Part shown: positions 51,645 to 64,000 of the stretch, in pieces
Numbering within the stretch: the stretch's first letter is position 1
Layout: each line of letters begins with the position of its first letter
Assembly (NCBI GenBank): GCA_964016885.1
Contig: OZ024742.1
Location: forward strand, 293,942,001 to 294,006,000
Length of the DNA: 64,000 bases
Direction of reading: 5' to 3'
Source: Eledone cirrhosa
Taxonomy: Eukaryota
The notes under the pieces: generated by a model
Database searches by the model: none
What the model was told of the DNA's origin: nothing
The model's input: only the letters and a program-made list of their open reading frames with translations
Made by a program: the position numbers and the translations under genes

Positions 51645-51890
51645 GCAAAATTAGAATGTCTCAGGAAAGAATCACTGGTCAGATTTTATGGGCAAAACCA
51701 GCTGGCAAGAGACCCAGAGGTAGACCCCCAGCAAGATGGTTGGATAATATCCATGAGCTTCACTGGTCGTGCTTGGGGATCCAACTGGATCATTTGGAAA
51801 CGGTTGCTTCTTACAGGATCCACTGGAGGGAGTGTTTGATGACTTCCCCCCACGATTCTCTCAGGAATAAGTGGGCAAAGAAGAAGAAGA
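51645..51890 (+). mobile_element. RTE LINE 3' remnant
   Basis: RMSQERITGQILWAKPAGKRPRGRPPARWLDNI followed by an (aag)n tail. Confidence 0.65.
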
Positions 51891-52369
51891 ATCTCTTTTT
51901 TGGGGAGGGTGGGGAACAAGACTTTGTTCAGACAGTATTCTGCAACTGGATGTCATTCCTGATACCATCTTTATTTGTTGTTATGTAAAGTAGATTCGAC
52001 TGATTTTTACATATCAAACCACTGGGCTGTGTAACATATTGTTTTTGTCTAAGATGTGTCATTGCAAAGACACACATGAAGACAAACACACACAACACAT
52101 TTTACTTAAGGTACAATACAAGATTGTGAAGCAAACTTCCGAATAACACAGCAGTTAAAGAAATACATAAATTACTTTATAAAAATAATTTTTAGATATT
52201 TTTTTTATTAAGATAAGAAATCTCGCAAAACAAATTCAAAAACGAATAAATATGTTTTACCAAAACATTACAAATCAGATTTATACGGTGGAGGAAATTA
52301 GAATTAGTGGCAATCATACATTTCCCCAAGACAATTTGTAACAAAAGACGAGACCCCTATAAGGAATCA

Positions 52370-52750
52370 AAATTGGATTGCAGATTCAATTGCATGTGAA
52401 CCTAACATTGCACAACAAATTGTGCAGATTCAGTTGCATGTGAACATAGCATTGGACTACAAATTGTGCAGATTCAGTTGTATGTGAACTTAGCATTGAA
52501 ATGCAAATTGCACAGATTTGGTTACATGTGAATTTAGCATTACACACCAAAGTATGCAGATTCAGTTGCCATGTGAACCTAATATTGCACTATAAAACAT
52601 GCAGATCCAATTGCATGTGAATCTAATATTGCACCACAAAGTGTGCACACCTTTATGAAAACTTAATACTTCACTACAAATTATGCAGGTTCAGTTTTAT
52701 GTGAATCTAATACTGCACCACAACATGCAGACTCAGTTGAATGAAAACTT
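52370..52750 (+). repeat. Minisatellite, ~42-44-bp unit, about 9 copies
   Basis: Consensus ~attgcaccacaaattgtgcagattcagttgcatgtgaacctaac. Confidence 0.85.
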
Positions 52751-52752
52751 AA

Positions 52753-52970
52753 CCCTTTAGCATTTACATTACTCTATATTTACTATTGTATTTTCACAGT
52801 AAACACTTTATTTCACATAATTATCTCACATAATATCAAATCTATGAGATTATGATATTATTTTAAGAACAATACCTTAAAATAAACATGAGCGGCCGGT
52901 TACAGCCAGTTTGAACAGAAAGAGATGAGAGAATTCTGACCGGATATGGCCAGTTTAAATGCTAAAAAGG
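52753..52970. mobile_element. TTAA MITE
   Basis: ttaa|ccctttagcattta ... taaatgctaaaaagg|ttaa. Confidence 0.75.
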
Positions 52971-53235
52971 TTAATGCTACATCAGAAAGTCTGTCACATG
53001 CACATTAAATCATCGTCATTATTAAACCATTATTGTTATTTAAATCAGAAACCATTATTATCTGTTTAAATCTGCTTTTTTTCTGAAGTGGCAAAATCGT
53101 CAGTAAATATTTGCACATTCTGAGTAATAATTCTCTTTACACCATTTCTATCTTCATTACTGGGTATAAAATTTTAATAAAATAAACGTTTTGTTTCCTT
53201 AATAGTTAACACTTCTCGCTTGGTATTTTTGATTC

Positions 53236-53301
53236 TCAGATGGCAGGAACTTGTGTACTTATACGTAAACCATGCATGTCTTTTATTTCCTCTGCCAAAG
53301 C
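53236..53301 (-). CDS. BOLA3: BolA-like protein 3, last coding exon
   Basis: Polypyrimidine tract plus AG, then ALAEEIKDMHGLRISTQVPAI*. Confidence 0.9.
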   Translation of the reverse strand, partial: ALAEEIKDMHGLRISTQVPAI

Positions 53302-54111
53302 CTAAAAAAAGAAAAAGAAAAAAAAGAGATCATCCCTGTTTCTAAAAATACAAAACTGCTAATTTTATTTTAAACCTACCATAATTTAATATTGGAACCT
53401 AGTGTTATGTTCCAAACACCAGCTTAACTCTTTCCCTACCTTATTTCTAATGAAACACCTTACCTATGATTTAGTAATATAACTTCCTTATTTTGAAGTA
53501 GGTATTTAGAAAATAACTATGGTTCTTACATAAAACACCAACTTAACCACTTCATACATGAAGCAGACACTAACACATATACTGATATATATTGGCATAA
53601 TTTTATGTAGTTTCTGTATATCAAATACACTCATAAGGCATTGGTCGGCCCAATTCTATAAAAGACACTAGCCCAAAGTGCCATACACTTGGATTGAACC
53701 TGAAACCATGAAGTTGTAATGCAAATTTCTTAACCAGTATTAGTGTTGGTGTCACTGTATAATCGCCCCAGTAAACCCTGCAAAGTGTTAATGCTGGTGC
53801 CACAATAAAATGCACCCAGTACATTTCATAAAGTGATTGGTGTTAGGAAGAGCATCCAGCTGTAGAAACTATGCTAAAAATGAAATGTAACGGTCAAAAC
53901 ATGATTTCCCAACCAGTCTAATCGCAGACCATGATATCCCATTCAACCTATGTCAGCTTGGAAAGTGGACAAATGATCATGATGGTGATGATATCAGCCA
54001 GGCCTCTGTCTAGTTATACCTAACACTAGCTAAAGTAAAACAGTTTATAATGATCATAATTCTACGAGATTTATATGTAGTATTTAAAAGCATATTTTTA
54101 ATGTCTTCTAC

Positions 54112-54200
54112 CTTGTTTACCATTCGATGTTGTGTCAGCATATTTTTCCCTTGGAAATCTTCACTTTCAATAAATATTTCATACATGGCACCACAACCTC
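54112..54200 (-). CDS. BOLA3: BolA-like protein 3, internal exon (89 nt)
   Basis: AG|GA GGT TGT..: GGCGAMYEIFIESEDFQGKNMLTQHRMVNK|GT; phases match both neighbouring exons. Confidence 0.93.
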
Positions 54201-54211
54201 CTGGAATAGAA

Positions 54212-54500
54212 CATATATAGTAAAGATGGACATTCTGGTAATATACACACATACCATACATATACACATATATAGTAAAGGAGGACATTCTGGTAATATA
54301 CACAAATACCATATACATATATAAAGAGAATATATTAGTAAAAGAGGACATTCTCGTAATATACACACATACCATACACATATATATATATATACACATA
54401 TATAGAATATATAGTAAAGGAGGACATTCTGGTAATATACACACATACCATACACATGTATATAATATATAGTTAAGATGGACTTTCTGCAAGATACACA
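54212..54500. repeat. Intronic minisatellite, ~52-70-bp unit, about 5 copies
   Basis: atatagtaaaggaggacattctggtaatatacacacataccatac repeated. Confidence 0.85.
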
Positions 54501-54756
54501 TGCATATATATATATATGCACAATCAAATACACATACCCCCATAAGAACACACACACAATGCAAAGCACCAAATTGTAATACTAGGGAATTCAGTGTTAC
54601 AATAGTGTGTGACAAGACTGGCCATTTGAATTACAAGTACAGCCCAGCCAACTCTACAGGCTTCCAAATTGTTTCCCCCTCTCTACCCAATTTTACTCCT
54701 AGATGTACCTATTCTAAACAGGAATCACACACATCATAAAAGAAAGGAACACACAC

Positions 54757-54886
54757 CTGATATATCAGCAACGTCAATCTGTGAAGCAAGTGGAAATTTT
54801 TCTTTGAGAATATTAACTATACTTTTTTCACCATCAGTGTAGGTTTGGGCACAGAAATACCTTAGGGAACCAGAAATTCTTGAAAT
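54757..54886 (-). CDS. BOLA3: BolA-like protein 3, internal exon (130 nt); first coding exon not located
   Basis: tttgtAG|ISRISGSLRYFCAQTYTDGEKSIVNILKEKFPLASQIDVADIS-G|GT; splicing yields the DISGGCG signature. Confidence 0.88.
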
Positions 54887-57883
54887 CTACAAAAGAGTGT
54901 TTAGAATATATTTTATTAACATTTTGAATAGAGCTTTTAATAACTAATTTAACATAAATATCGATATTAAATGACATGATGGTGTTAATATTATTAACAT
55001 ATAAGATGGAACATTTTTTTTAGGCTAAATGAATAGTGTTGACCTAGGTAGGATTTGAACTTAAGAGTACAGTGAACCAGAATAAATACCTACCCATTTT
55101 TAAACCCTAACAACTTCGCCATTTCACTACTTTGGTATAAACACTGGAACACATAACAGTTGTTATTATGTAACCCCATCATGTCTACGGATTACATTGC
55201 TTCACGTTTTTAAACAGCCTGGTGATTGGAGAATAACTTAGCTATTCTTTCTAGCAGTTCGGACTGACGTGTAGAGGCTACCTCTTTGGCAGGAACAGGT
55301 TATTGTTTGGGTTTAACCCCTAGGTCAGCCCCGATTGGCCAGGGCTATGATCAAAGGTGTTCCAAGTATGACCATCCTGTCTTTTAAGAGGTGTCTGATC
55401 AGTTTTTGATTTTAAAGGAAAAAAATTGAGCTTTTTGCTTTTTTGTAGATTCTGAATTTTCAGGCTAAAACAAATAAGTGCCGAAAATATAATACACACA
55501 GTGAAAACAAACTATTTATTGTTGCCTCCAAAAGGACAAGAGCAGAATGATTCGATATTTCATGTCTTTGAATCTATCCCATAAATTGGTTAAGTCGTAA
55601 ATGAAAATCTAGATAAACACTGCGAAGACTGTACATAGCTATTTCTCTATATTAATTAACAAATGGAAGATATAATAATAAATCACAAGTAGCTAGGATT
55701 TAAACATAACCCTCGGGTACATTCAGGTTAAGCTTCTGGTTTGAGGATACCTACTTTCCTTCCTCCCACTAGACTTTGAGGTCTTGGACAGTACCCTTTC
55801 CTTCCTGATTAAAGCGAGAAAAGAAATTTACAAATAAAAAAAAACATGACGTTTATTTAAATATCACCTTCAAAAGTACAAGTCAAAATATTTCGACCTT
55901 GTTTGACATGCTTCATTATTTATAAATATAAAGTTTTGTTTGCAACACAATTTAATAAAACAAAAAAAATTAATCTAAATCTAAGCCGGTAAATGTTTAT
56001 GTATTGGGTCGATCCAAGTCTTAGGAGTAACATTAGGTAGAGGGGAGCACGATTTGGAAGCCCGTCGGTGGACTTTATTTGTAATTCGAATAGCCAGTCT
56101 TGCCACACACTATTGTAATACTGAATTCCTCGGGTACACGTGTTTTGGGAATAGTCAACTAGTTACACATTTATTTAACGAGTGTGCAGTTTCGTTGACT
56201 GCAAAACTGAAAGTTTCATCGCAGAAATCGATGGAAGTCCATGCATTTTAATTTATTTATCAAATGGTTTGTTTTGGTTATATAACGTAGGGCATTATCA
56301 GTCCAGAAGTAATTCTGCGTGAGGTTCTTATTCACTGAAATGAATCTTAAAAGAACTATGTTTATTTCTAAACAGAAAATAAACTATTGAAATTATCAAA
56401 TTTTTATTTTTACGATCGAAAAAAAAAAATTACTTTTGTAAAACAATTTATATTTAAAAAAACAGGTTTTCGTTTTCGTAATTAAAAAGTATTAATTAGC
56501 CCTTTAGAACGAATTCTCAGTCAGGATATATTGAGTGGGGTTTTTTTTTTTAAGTAATTATATGTATAATAGTTAAAATAAAGAGCATTTCTAACCTGGA
56601 TCGATGCGAAAAATAATCGAGAAATTTGAGAAAATCTGGATATCATGTTCAACGAATGAAACTAACGAAACATCTGTAATATATCGGTGTTGACGGAATT
56701 ATGTTACCCCAGTGTAGAAATGTCCATGAAGAGCCTCCTCAAACTTTTAGAGACAAAGGCCAAATCCATCTCAAATTACATGTTACCGTCTTCATTAAAG
56801 AATACATTGGACAATTTAGTTCGAGGTATACAAAAAGACGAGAAGGTCATGACTGGAACACATTTGGCCACAGGTCTATTCGAACATCGTCAAAACAACA
56901 AAAGAAAACATTTGACAATAAATCTCGAAATAAGCATAGGAAAATATCTCCGTCCAATTCACCAGATTCATTGCGTATATTACACATTAGGGTTACTTCG
57001 TTGGCTTGTGTGGTGTATGAGTGAAGTATTCAAATGAATCCAGAGATATTTCTTACATTATGGTAGAGAGTGGCTGGTCTTTAATTACGTATATCTGACA
57101 TCTTGAGTTCAAATCTTGCCAGCGTCAATAAAACACATCAGTCAAGTACTTGACTAATCGCTCCCGCTAAAATATCTAGCATTATGCTTATCTTAGAAAT
57201 ATTACCTGCACATTACAATTTAATTTGCGGTATCGAGCATTCACCGGTTCACGTATATCCGGCAATAAAATGAAACCAAAAAGAAATTTAAACCAACAAT
57301 AAAATGAAATTGAATGGCAGGAAGTCGTATTGTATCCAATGGTTGTCTGTCGTAGAGCAATCTAAATGAAATTACAGTTTGTGTTTACGCTCATGACACC
57401 ATTGCTCAGAAATAACCAGAGCCTTGATATTTAGCATCCTAGGCTAGCTCTATAATGTGCTTCTTTAAGTTATTAACTCAATCTTCCCGAATAAAATAAT
57501 TTCAACTTACAGTTTTGGCAAGTTGGCAAACCTAGTTTTTGACACTTCTAACTCAAATAACTCTTAGAAAATTACTAAGCCTGCATTTTCAGTCCACATT
57601 CACCAACGCCAAACCATGTGACAGGTCATAACACCGTACGACTCTTTCAAACATCTTTGGATATTTCCACAATGCTGTTACGCAACAAAGATATTTAGTG
57701 GTTTATTTATTGTTTGCATTTAAACCGAATGAAAATATAAACACAAATAATATACACAATTAATTAATGCTAGAGACCATATAAATATAATAAACAAAAA
57801 TATATAATCAAAGTGAGAGAGAAAAAACCATAAAAAATATCAATTCAACACTAAGTGCGTCAATCGGTCACACATCACAAGGG

Positions 57884-59400
57884 TCATTGGAAATTTTTGA
57901 GGTAAGCCAACACACCATTACCGCGGATGATGGTGAGGCTAAGGTGCTGAAACAACCAAGTACCTTCACGTGCATCACCTGACACCTCGGTAAGGCTAGC
58001 CGCTGACGGTGATAAGAACTTCGCTGTCAGTGGTCCAGCTCCACTAAACGTATTGAATATCACAGGCTGGAAGAAATAGTTATTTGATAATTCCCTGTAT
58101 TTTAGGATTTTATTCCATTTGGCTACTAAGGAGTGACTCACATTTACCACGACATCCATGGCGTGGGAGGGAGCAAAATAATCACTGACTATGGCGTCCC
58201 AGATGAGACATATGCTTCTTACCCAGGGACAAAGGGTAAGACCATCTGGTCTCTTCCCATCACTTCTGGATAATTTAGCCAGCTTCAGAACTGAGGGAAT
58301 ATTGACTCAAGCCAGGGCCTGCTTAATGATCAGATTTGATGTGGCAGGCAAAGCCACCAGCATTCAGGTGGTAAGACAAACCATGGTGACCTGTGGAGTC
58401 AAGGGGCCTACAACAGCGACATCTCAGACCCCCATAGACATTGGCTCCTACAATGAGTTCAATGGATATGTGGAGCTCATCCAGACTGAGAAGACCACCA
58501 ATGTTGGCCACAGGCAGGGCATCAATCCAGTCCCCCAGAATTTTGCACTTGCAGAAAGTAGGTGACACCTCGAAGATTAATCAAAGAGAGAGTTGAAAGT
58601 ATCACTTGAATACAGATTGTTCCATACTTTCTGCCTCTGAATATCCTCATCAGTATCAGGAACTGAGAAACCCAGTTCTCTCCACTGTAGTAAAGCTTCA
58701 TCTATCTCCATGTTGGAAAGGAGAGGTTGTTACCTACTAAAGGGGAGCAAGCATGGATGGAAGAAAGAAAGCAAAATAGAGACTGAAACAAGCATTTATG
58801 CAGACCCAGACTTCCAAACCTTTTGGGCTACACAGCCTGGTCTTAAGACTCTGGAGAGAGTGGCATTAGCCAAGCATTCAAATTCACTCAAGATTAAGTT
58901 GTCAAAGCATTGGTGAGGCAACGAAAATCTGTAAGAGAGACTAACTCTGAGAAAATACAACTTAGGGATTGACAAGTAATTCCTAAGCATAAAAAAAACC
59001 TTGGTGAGGCTCAATAGACACAAAGTTCTTTAGAAGTTACTTGAGGTTAGCCAAATTGGATCGAAAGATGGACTCAAAGGTTTGGTCAGTAATTGGTGTT
59101 CCAAGGGGGCACCACACTGATGAGAGAGGGATTATGATAGAGTGGAAGGAATCTGTAAACAGGTTTATGGTCTGCTGATATGAAGCTGGGTGTTTGAAGG
59201 GCCAGAACTCGCATTTGGAACTGTTGACGTGAAGGCCCCTCAATCATTGTCCTTGCAGATGCAAGGGCCTTATCTATAAGACTCCCATAACAAGCATCAT
59301 ACAGATACCAGACATTCAAATTCAGGTCAGCTCTCATCTTGGTGATGTCATTGATGCCTAGTTTGAAAAAGCAGCTCCGAGTGGGTCCAGTGTGTTGGCT
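57884..59400 (-). mobile_element. CRE-clade LINE remnant
   Basis: LNVWYLYD, GLHVNSSKCE, GDWIDALP, CRCCRPLDSTGHHGL, RPDG, FNTFSGAG..WLFQHLSLTIIRGNG. Confidence 0.8.
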
Positions 59401-59871
59401 TGCCTCAAAAATTTCCGATGACCCTTGTGGTGTGTGATTAACGCATTTAGTGTTGAATTGATGGGTTTTTTTCTCTCGCTTTGATTTTATATTTTTGTGT
59501 ATCATATTTGTAAAGTTCCTAGCAATAATTAATTGTATATATTATTTGTGTTTATATTTTTGTTCTGTAAGAATTATAAACAATTTGTAATGTTATTTAT
59601 ACAACTCTGAATAAAATATATATAAAACTGTGATCCAACGATAACAATATACATACACAGAATGTTAAATATACATGGTAATGAACAAAGAAAATGCTCA
59701 AGGAAAACCACAAATTAACTAATTAATCATTTAGAATTTTATGAAAATCAGGTACTATTTTGCTGAATTCCTGAACACTACACATACATGCATAATATAC
59801 CTACAACACACACATAAGTCGAGTATTGAGCATTGATTACTAAAATATTTAAATAACAGTTTGAAATGGGG

Positions 59872-60432
59872 CATGCATTTCACATCTGGCTTAGGCCTAT
59901 TACCAGCTTTGGGTGTCTTCATTTTACATCTGACCTGGGCTTTATTACCAGTTTTGGAAGGTCTACATTTCACATCTGGTTTGGACCTTTTTATCAGCTT
60001 TAGAAGGCCTACATTTCACATCTTGCTTGGGCCTATTATTAGATATGTAAGTCTATGTTTTCCATCTGGCCTGGGCCTATTACCAACTTTATGAGCCTAC
60101 ATTTTACATCTTGATTTGTGAGCCTATGTTTTCCATCTGGCTTGGGCCCATTACCAGCTTTGGGAGCCTACATTTCACATCTGGCTTGGACCTATTATTA
60201 GATATGAGTCTATGTTCTATATCTGGCCTGGGCCTATTAGTCACTTTATGGGCCTACATTTTACATTTGCCCTGTGACTATTACCAGCATCAGAAGCTTG
60301 CCTTTTACATCAAGCTTCTGACAATTATCAGCTGGTGTAAGAGGCTATATTTTTCATCAGGCCTGGGCTTATTACTAGCTTGGATGAGGAGAAGGTGCAT
60401 TTTACATCTGACTTTGGCTTATTATTAGTAGC
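59872..60432 (+). repeat. Minisatellite, ~42-bp unit, about 13 copies
   Basis: Consensus ~gcctacatttcacatctggcttgggcctattaccagctttgg. Confidence 0.88.
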
Positions 60433-60947
60433 TTTACACAGGCCTGTCATTACAACCATCTCCAGCACTAACTGTATCACTTAAGTAATAAAACATACTA
60501 CTTTTAGAGAGCTATTTGATCAACTTATTGACTCTCTTATTTGTGGATGTCCTCTCCGCTAACTATCGCTTTACATTTATCACATCTCAAATTCTGCTTC
60601 TCAATCACTTAACTAAACATCCTTCAGAATTTTGTTGTGTTCACTTTCATTGCTTTGACTACATAATATTGAGTTCTAACTTTGCCCCTATATATCAATC
60701 AAAAGAGGGCAGCAAATTGGCAAAGTCGTTAGAACGTTTGATCGAATGCTTTATAGTATTCATTCTGGCTATCTGCACTCTGAATTTAAATCTTTGCTTT
60801 TCATCCTTTTGAGATCGATAAAAGAGTACCAGTCGTTTCAAGAATCCATAGTTAATAAAGTAAAACAATTTTAAAGGTTTTTTGAATCAATTTTTAAAAT
60901 AAAGAGAAATTTATTAACTTTGAGACTTGCATCATCCAAATCCAAAA

Positions 60948-61013
60948 TTAATGTCCTGATGAAGCTTTAGTGTTACCTGGTAACAGTGAAGTTGAAACGT
61001 TTGTAGGCATTAA
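60948..61013 (+). ncRNA. Putative type-I hammerhead ribozyme
   Basis: TTAATGTC-CTGATGA-AGCTT..(tgttac ctg gtaaca)..AAGTT-GAAA-C gttt GTA-GGCATTAA: 8-bp stem I, extended stem II, GUA cleavage triplet. Confidence 0.78.
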
Positions 61014-61056
61014 TGAAATGATTTGAAGTACCTTCTTTGGTTTTCAATTGATTTAA

Positions 61057-61253
61057 CCTGGTTGCATTTAAACCGGTTGTATCCAGCCAGAATTTTATCA
61101 CCTCTTTCTGTCCAAACCAGCCACTCATACTGATGTTAAGATATTGTTCTCAAAATAAATAACATCAAAATCTCATAGATTAGATATTATGAGAAAATTA
61201 TGTGAAATAAAGGCTTTTCTGTGAAAATATAGAGTAATGTAAATGCTAAAGGG
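61057..61253. mobile_element. Decayed TTAA MITE
   Basis: Homologous to 43963-44148; ends taaatgctaaaggg. Confidence 0.6.
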
Positions 61254-61835
61254 CTAAATATTTTTATGCTTTGTATTCTTCCAAAAGTGGTTCATTCATT
61301 GAGCTTTTTAGGATTTGGTAATAAACAGGTCTCATACCAAATTTACTCATCTCAAGCACCCAGCTGTAAAGTGGTCGTGTAGGTGTCATGACAAAAAGCA
61401 CCCAGTACACACTGTAAATGTGGTTGGTGTTAAGAAGGGTATCTAGCTGTAGAAGCCAAGCCCAAATCAGTTTTGTATGAGTCAAACGTGGTCATCTGGC
61501 CTGGCTTATCTCATAACAGGACATATCTAACCTATGCTTGCATGGAAAAATGGACGTTAAATGGTAATGATATATAAATATATATATACATATATATATA
61601 TGAGGATGATGATATATATAATCAACATAATTTAACATGTGATTTTTTTTATTCAAGCATAAGGTCCATGTCTCATATACATTCCAGATTTGGCATGGTT
61701 TCTACAGTTGATACCGTTGCTAATGCCAACCACTCTTCAGTGTACAGTGGATACATTTTATTAAGGGTCCAGCACTATGGAGGTTGTCATGCCCTTAACA
61801 CAACTGATGAGTCCTCTGAACCTTTTCTCTCTTAC

Positions 61836-61907
<72 letters not shown>

Positions 61908-62072
61908 ATATTAATAAATGGAAACTATATTTATAAAACCATATTTATTTTATTATACAAGGGCAACCAAGGGAAATTATGGTGCGCTTTCATCAGATAA
62001 AATACACATTTGTTTTATAAATAAATATTGACATACCCGGAAAAAAGACAACCTTAACGGTTGGAGCTTCCT

Positions 62073-62123
<51 letters not shown>

Positions 62124-62125
<2 letters not shown>

Positions 62126-62345
62126 AAAATGTGAGATCCTTGGTACAGTTAGGTATATTTGAAAAAAAGGAAAAGAATGACTTCACTTGTAGTGTTAAAA
62201 AATGTTTGATTTAATTTTATATTATAATATTATGAGTTGGTAGATCCAGTAAGTTCTTTGGGAAGAATTTTAGAGATTCCTGGTTAACTTGGGTTGGAGA
62301 ACTTTTTCACATTCGTCTGTCTGTGGCGATTGTCAAACTGAGATT
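62124..62345. repeat. Second copy of the 6730-7498 element, next to (TA)n
   Basis: Reverse complement matches 7068-7498 without the nested SINE. Confidence 0.85.
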
Positions 62346-62384
62346 CTTTTCCTTTTTTTCAAATATATATACATATATATATGT

Positions 62385-62690
62385 CATCACCACCCTTCTT
62401 GTTTAATGTTTATTTTTCCATGCTTACATAGGTTAGACAAGTTGTCATGTTATGAGACAAGTCAGGTCAGGTGACCATTTCTTGCCCATACGGATTTGTA
62501 TTTTGGCTTTATTTTCATGGCTGGATGCCCTTTCTAATGTCAACCATGTTACTATGTGGACTGGGTGCTTTTTCTCATGGCACCAAAACAACCATGTAAC
62601 AGGGTGGACTGGGTGCTTTTCTGTCATTTCACCAGCTTGACCACCGTACAGGGTGGACTGGATGCTTTTTTTCTCATGAGGAACAGCTTT
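62385..62690 (-). mobile_element. RTE-tailed SINE; further copies at ~61355-61570 (+), ~63130-63350 (+) and ~53740-53990 (+)
   Basis: Shared gaagggcatccagc motif and tail. Confidence 0.65.
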
Positions 62691-63719
62691 TCTTTTAGAC
62701 ATGTATTGAAAACACATGTATTCAAGATTCCTTTTTCATATTTTTGTATAAGTTACTTGGAGTTTGGAACAGTAAAGTTCCTAAATCTTAAATGAGGATT
62801 AATGTGTCATCAATCAGGTATTTAGTTTGGTTTGTGATTAATTACATATTTTCTGTGTTTATTTTCAGCATTATACTGTCGTGTTTCCATAATTAATAAT
62901 CTATTTTTTGTGGAGGATTCTCTAAAATGAATGATGGAAGCAATATCATAGAAAGTGAACATAAAATCACAATGATGATGATAATCATATTTTGTAATAC
63001 TAAAAGTGTATGTATTGTGTTGGTGATCAAACAGAGAAAATATAGGGTTTGAGAGGACCTTTCAGTCATGATGAGTATGTGAAAACATACTAGTACTGAG
63101 GCCTTAATACTCTCTGTAAATTGTTAGTGTTAGTGCTACAAAAAAAAAATGTATCCAGTACATAGTGCTAGTGGTGGTACCACACACTAAGTACACCCGT
63201 ACACCCTGTAAGATGGTTGGAGTTAAGAAGGCAATCCAGGCATAGAAACTATGCTAAATATGGATCATATAAGTAAGATGAGGTCGCTCTGACCCATCTA
63301 GTCTCAGAACATGACAATCTTTCCAACCTTGAAAGTGGATGACGATGAATCTAAGAAAAAAGTTACATTTTATAAATATAATAAAAAGGTTAGTTATTTG
63401 AAACACTGGAAACATATATCCATAAAAATATTTTTAAAAAAACAAAGGAAAAGAGCCAATTGTCAGATTGGATCAAGGAAATGATTCCATTGGTCCTTCC
63501 ATTGCTGATATTATCCACTGGTTGCAATTCCAGTCAAAAAGAGTAACATAAATTAAAAGAATTTTGCTCAAAAACACGACCCAAATCAAAACTGTACACA
63601 CAACCTTGTGATCATGAATCTAACAGCCTAATTTCTAGGTTACTTGCCTTCATGTATCACGAGAAACCTCACAAAAACACTTAATTTTCCAGTTAAACCC
63701 TTTTTCCTATGATTTTATT

Positions 63720-63985
63720 TCCATTCATCATCTTCCTAGAGATGGTGACATGAATGGACCTATAATTTTTATCTAAATTTTTTTCCTATTTCCCACTGCC
63801 AGTCTTCTCAATCTTTCTATTACTTCTTAAATTTCTCATTCTATTTTCTGATGAAGAACTAGTGTCTGAAACGTTCATCCTTACGGGGGTCGATAAAATA
63901 AAGTACCAGTAATGTACTGAGTAATTGATGGCCTTGTGCCAAAAGTAGAAACAATTATTTTCCTACTATATCAAGCATAAAACTA
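63720..63985 (+). mobile_element. Second copy of the hammerhead-containing repeat, interrupted by a Meta-core SINE 3' fragment (63876-63958)
   Basis: tctcattctattttCTGATGAagaactagtgtctGAAACGTT|catccttacgggggtcgataaaataaagtaccag...acaattat|tttcctactatatcaagc. Confidence 0.8.
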
Positions 63986-64000
63986 ATAATATATTTCTTC

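Noticed and set aside
59872-60432. Regular ~42-bp repeats (also 52370-52750) as a CRISPR-like array
   Set aside because: Whole units are degenerate copies of each other, with no unique spacers and no cas genes; these are eukaryotic minisatellites.

Overview
AT-rich, microsatellite-dense eukaryotic DNA. It is probably from an octopus or other cephalopod, inferred from the repeat content and not demonstrated. Host genes are few: a complete two-exon RPB7/POLR2G (minus strand), three coding exons of BOLA3 (minus strand, first exon unresolved) and an intact tRNA-Arg(TCG). The rest is mostly mobile DNA: a decayed autonomous Helitron plus non-autonomous Helitrons, a DD37D (maT) Tc1/mariner deletion derivative, a full-length Tigger/pogo, RTE, CRE, R4/Dong and Tx1 LINEs, SINEs, hAT and TTAA MITEs, minisatellites and a non-coding LTR element with three LTRs. 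The most notable observations are: (1) four minimal type-I hammerhead ribozyme motifs in three unrelated Penelope-like repeats, one with an inverted pLTR-like arm and one interrupted by a SINE at the predicted cleavage site; (2) an 8-kb array in which Tx1 and R4/Dong LINEs are separated only by (TAA)n; (3) a tandem three-LTR TRIM-like element with a tRNA-Trp PBS and a 4-nt hairpin-loop inversion between LTRs; (4) a CTAG|TC head-to-tail Helitron junction; (5) an RTE lineage whose 3' UTR is the body of a locally abundant SINE.
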